DNA of 64,000 nt. It comes from the human T2T-CHM13v2.0 reference genome, Homo sapiens. The notes under the pieces were generated by a model. The model was not told the origin of the DNA. It saw only the letters and a list, made by a program, of their open reading frames with translations, and made no database searches. Each line of letters begins with the position of its first letter. Within the stretch, counting starts at the first letter, position 1. The translations under genes were made by a program, and so were the position numbers. Shown piece after piece: positions 60,206-64,000 of this stretch. Location: assembly GCF_009914755.1 (NCBI RefSeq), contig NC_060935.1. One strand, written 5' to 3'.

Positions 60206-63200
60206 GATTTTGGTACCAGGAGTGGTTCTATGGGAACAGAATATTAAGGATGGAGTTCTTTCATTGGTTTTGGGGTTTCTGGAGTTGGCTGCTTAATATA
60301 ATTCGACCCCTAAATGCTAAGGACTGTACTTCTCATAGTATGGAGAACAGTGATAGTCCTTGGCATAAACTATTTAGAGAGTTATACAAAATAAATGCAT
60401 TCGGCACTCGTGATTCACCACTCGTGAGAGGCAAAGGGTTTAGTTACTCTATACATAATACCTTTGACCATATGTGGAGAACCAAGGAACATAACAAAGC
60501 TGGTTGGTTGCTCCTAAGTTCAGTGGACAAAGTGATGAAAGAAAATGATCAACTCAGGGATTCTGTCTCCTGGCTTCAGCAGCAGAAACTGAGCCTCAAA
60601 TCTGCTAAGATTGCCCTGAATGAGAGCCTTATCTCCTGTAGAGTAAGAGCTGAAATTGTGGAAAAACAGACACAAGCTTTTATCATGCAAGGGGCTGACC
60701 TGTAAGGAAAGGTGCATGGACAGCCTTGCCAGGTGTCTATTGTTAAAGTGAGGGCATTAATTGGAAAAGAATGGGACCCTGCAACTTGGAATGGGGGTGT
60801 GTGGGAGGACCCTGATGAAACTGGGGACACTGAGTTTGTAAACTCTGATGAACCTTTTTTTGCCAGAAGAAACAGCTCCCCGACCTCCAGTAGTGGCAAC
60901 ATCCCCTCCCCAACCCATGCTGCCATCAGTCTTTCCACTTTTGTCTGAGGAGATAAACCCTGCACTGCCTGAGGCAACAGTGATGGCCTCCCAAGGCAAT
61001 TGCCAGGCAAGATAATGCTGATTCTCCTCAGAAGCCACCCCCAACACCTGTTTGCTTCTAGACCTATGACTAAAGTCCCAGTGGGCCCCTAGAGGCGAGG
61101 TTGAGCATGTGACCCATGAGGAAGTACACTTGAAAAGAACTGCTTGAGTTTTCTAATTTATATAAACAGAAATCTGGGCAACAGGCATGGGAATGGAGAT
61201 TAAGGGTGTGGGATAATGGTGGAAGGAACATAGAGGTGGATCAGGCTGAAAGTATTGATTTGGGCCCACTAAATAGGGATTCTGCATTTAATGTTGCAGC
61301 TTGGGGAGTTAAAAAAGATTCTGATAGTTTGTTTGCTTGGTTAGCTGAAATATGGATTAAAAGATGGCCCACTGTGAGTGAGTTGAAAATGCCTGACCTC
61401 CCTTGGTTTAATGTAGAGGAAGGGACCCAAAGGCTTAGGGAGATTGGGATGTGAAGTGAATTAGTCACTTTTGACCTACTTATCTCAGCTGGGAGAGTCC
61501 AGAATTTACACACTTGATTAATGCCTTGTGAAATAGATCTGTGAGGGCAGCACCTGCATCTTTGAAGAGCCCTGTAATTGCTTTTCTCTGTATGTCAGAT
61601 CTAACAGTGGGAACCACAGTCACTCAACTACAAAATTTAAATACAATGGGAATAATAGGATCCCAAGGTTGCAGGGGCCAAGAGATCGCACTCAACAATC
61701 AAAGGCAAGGTGGGCATAGCTGCCATAATGGACAGTAGAGGCAAAGTAGCAATCAGAATAGTCGGACTTGTGTAGAGCTCTCACATTGGCTAATTAATCA
61801 TGGTATTACTAGAAGTGAAATTGATAGGAAGCCTACTGTATTCTGACTTAATTTATACAAGCAGAAAATTTCTAGGTCGAATGGACAAAAGACTAATTTG
61901 AATTATAAAAACAGAATCATGGCTCCTCGATCAATTTCCAGACTTAACCCATTTTACAGACCCAGAATCTCTTGAATGATGGGGAGGCTGGGTCCCCTTG
62001 AGGAAGGACCCACTACATTACCAACAATTTATCTGGTGAATTCTTCTTCCATCCTTCCCCAAGGAGACCTCTGGCTTTTTACCAGGGTAACTGTGCACTG
62101 GGGAAAGGGAAATGATCAGACATTTCAGGGAATACTGGATAATGGCTCTGAGCTGATGTTGATTCCGGGGGACCCAAAATATCACTGTGGTCTTCCAGTT
62201 AAAGTAGGGGCTTATGGAGGTCAGGTAATTCATGGAGTTTTAGCTCAGGTCCAACTTACAGCGGTTCCAGTGGGTCTCCGGACTCATCCTGTGGTCATTT
62301 TCCTAGTGCCAGAATGCATAATTGGCATAGACATACTTAGCAGCTGGCGGAACCCCCACAATGGCTCCCTGACTGGTAGGGTGAGGGCTGTTATAGTGGG
62401 AAGGGCCAAATGGAAGCCATTAGAGCTGCCTCTATCTAGAAAAATAGTAAATCAAAAACAGTATCACATCCCTGGAGGGAATGCAGAGATAGTGACACCA
62501 TGAAGAACTTGAAAGACACGGGAGTGGTGATTCCCACCACATCCCCATTCAACTCTCTCATTTGGCCTGTGCAGAAGACAGATGGATCTTGGAGAATGAC
62601 AGTGGATTATTATAAGCTTAACCAAGTGGTGATTCCAATTGCAGCTGCTGCACCAGATGTGGTTTCATTGCTTGAGCAAATTAACACATCTCCTGGTACC
62701 TGTTGTGCAGCCATTGACTTGGCAAATGCCTTTTCCCCCATGCCTATCCATAAGGCTCACCGGAAGCAATTTGCCTTCAGCAGGCAAGGCCAGCAATATA
62801 CCTCTACTGTCCTACCTCAGGGGTATATCAACTCTCCAGTTTGTGTCATAATCTTATTTGGAGAGACCATGATTGCTTTTCGCTTCCACAAGCTATCACA
62901 CTGGTCCATTACATTGATGACATTATGCTTATTAGATCCAGTGAGCAAGAAATAGCAAACACACTGGACTTATTGGTGAAATATTTGTGTGCCAGAGGAT
63001 GGGAAATAAATCTGAGTAAAATTCAGGGAACTTTTACCTCAGTAAAATTTCTAGGGGTCCAGTGGTATGGGGCCTGGCAAGATATGCCTTCTAAGGTTAA
63101 GTTGCTGCACTTGGCCCCTCCTACAACCAAGAAAGAGGCACAACGCCTAGTGATCCTATTTGGATTTTGGAGGCAACACATTCCTCATTTGGGTGTTACT

Positions 63201-64000
63201 TTGGCCCATTTATCGAGTGACCTGAAAAGCTTCCAGTTTTGACTGGGGTCCAGAGCAAGAGAAGGCTCTGCAACAGGTCCAGGCTGCTGTGCAAGCTGCT
63301 CTGCCACTTGGGCCATATGACCTAGCAGATCCAACGGTGCTTGAGGTGTCAGTGGGAGATAGGAATGCTGTTTGGAGTCTTTGGCAGGCCCCCCCATAGG
63401 TGAATCACAGTGGACACCTCTAGGATTTTGGAGCAAGTCCCTGCCATCTTCTGCAGATAAGTATTCTCCTTTTGAGAGACAGCTCTTGGCCTGTTACTGG
63501 GATTTGTTGGAAACTGAACGTTTGATTATGGGTTATCAAGTCACCATGTGATCTGAACTGTCTGTCATGAACTGGGTGCTTTCTAACTCATCTAGCCATA
63601 AAGTGGGTCATGAGCAGCAGCATTCTATCATCAAGTGGAAGTGGTATATATGTGACTGGGCTCAAGCACGTCCTGAAGGCACAAGTAAGTTACATGAAGA
63701 AGTGGCTCAAATGCCCAAGGTCTTCACTCCTGCCACCCTGCCTTCTCTCCCCCAGCCTGCACAGATGGCCTCATGGGGAGTTCTCTATGATCAGCTGACA
63801 GAGAAAGAGAAGACTAGGGCCTGGTTCACAGATGGTTCTGCATGATATGCAGGCACCACCTGAAAGTGGACAGCTGCAGCACTACAGCCCCTTTCTAGGA
63901 CATCCCTGAATTACAGCAGTGAAGGGAAATCTTCCCAGTGGGCAGAACTTCGAGTGGTGCACCTGGTTGTGCACTTTGCATAGAGGGAGAAATGGCCAGA
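60206..64000 (+). mobile_element. HERV-L internal (gag, pro, pol), defective, runs off window end
   Basis: gag fragments from 60250; protease LDNGSEL; [33 protein letters not shown]; RNaseH AWFTDGSA; multiple stops and frameshifts. Confidence 0.95.

Noticed and set aside
60250-63845. Domesticated or intact HERV-L gag/pol gene
   Set aside because: Stops and frameshifts throughout; longest ORF is 175 aa; protease DTG mutated.

Overview
Primate (very likely human) genomic DNA. Positions 1-16 kb hold the 5' end of NARS2 (mitochondrial asparaginyl-tRNA synthetase) on the minus strand: coding exons 1-5 (codons 1-198, all GT-AG, frame continuous) and a CpG-island promoter at ~15.5-16.3 kb. The other ~48 kb is repeat-dense upstream DNA: about 30 Alus across the window, a U6 retrocopy, LTRs (LTR8 x2, MER50, LTR1, THE1, MST, MLT1, MLT2), DNA-transposon relics, a ~6.2 kb L1PA7/8-like element and two decayed ERV-L proviruses. 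I see no new gene or new biological system. The most unusual structure is at 37.4-46.4 kb. The L1 carries three poly(A) tracts, which looks like a two-generation serial 3' transduction. Its 5' end was later cut by a very young complex rearrangement that left a 183-bp inverted duplication (182/183 identical by eye). Repeat subfamily names come from recalled consensus sequences, and repeat boundaries are approximate.
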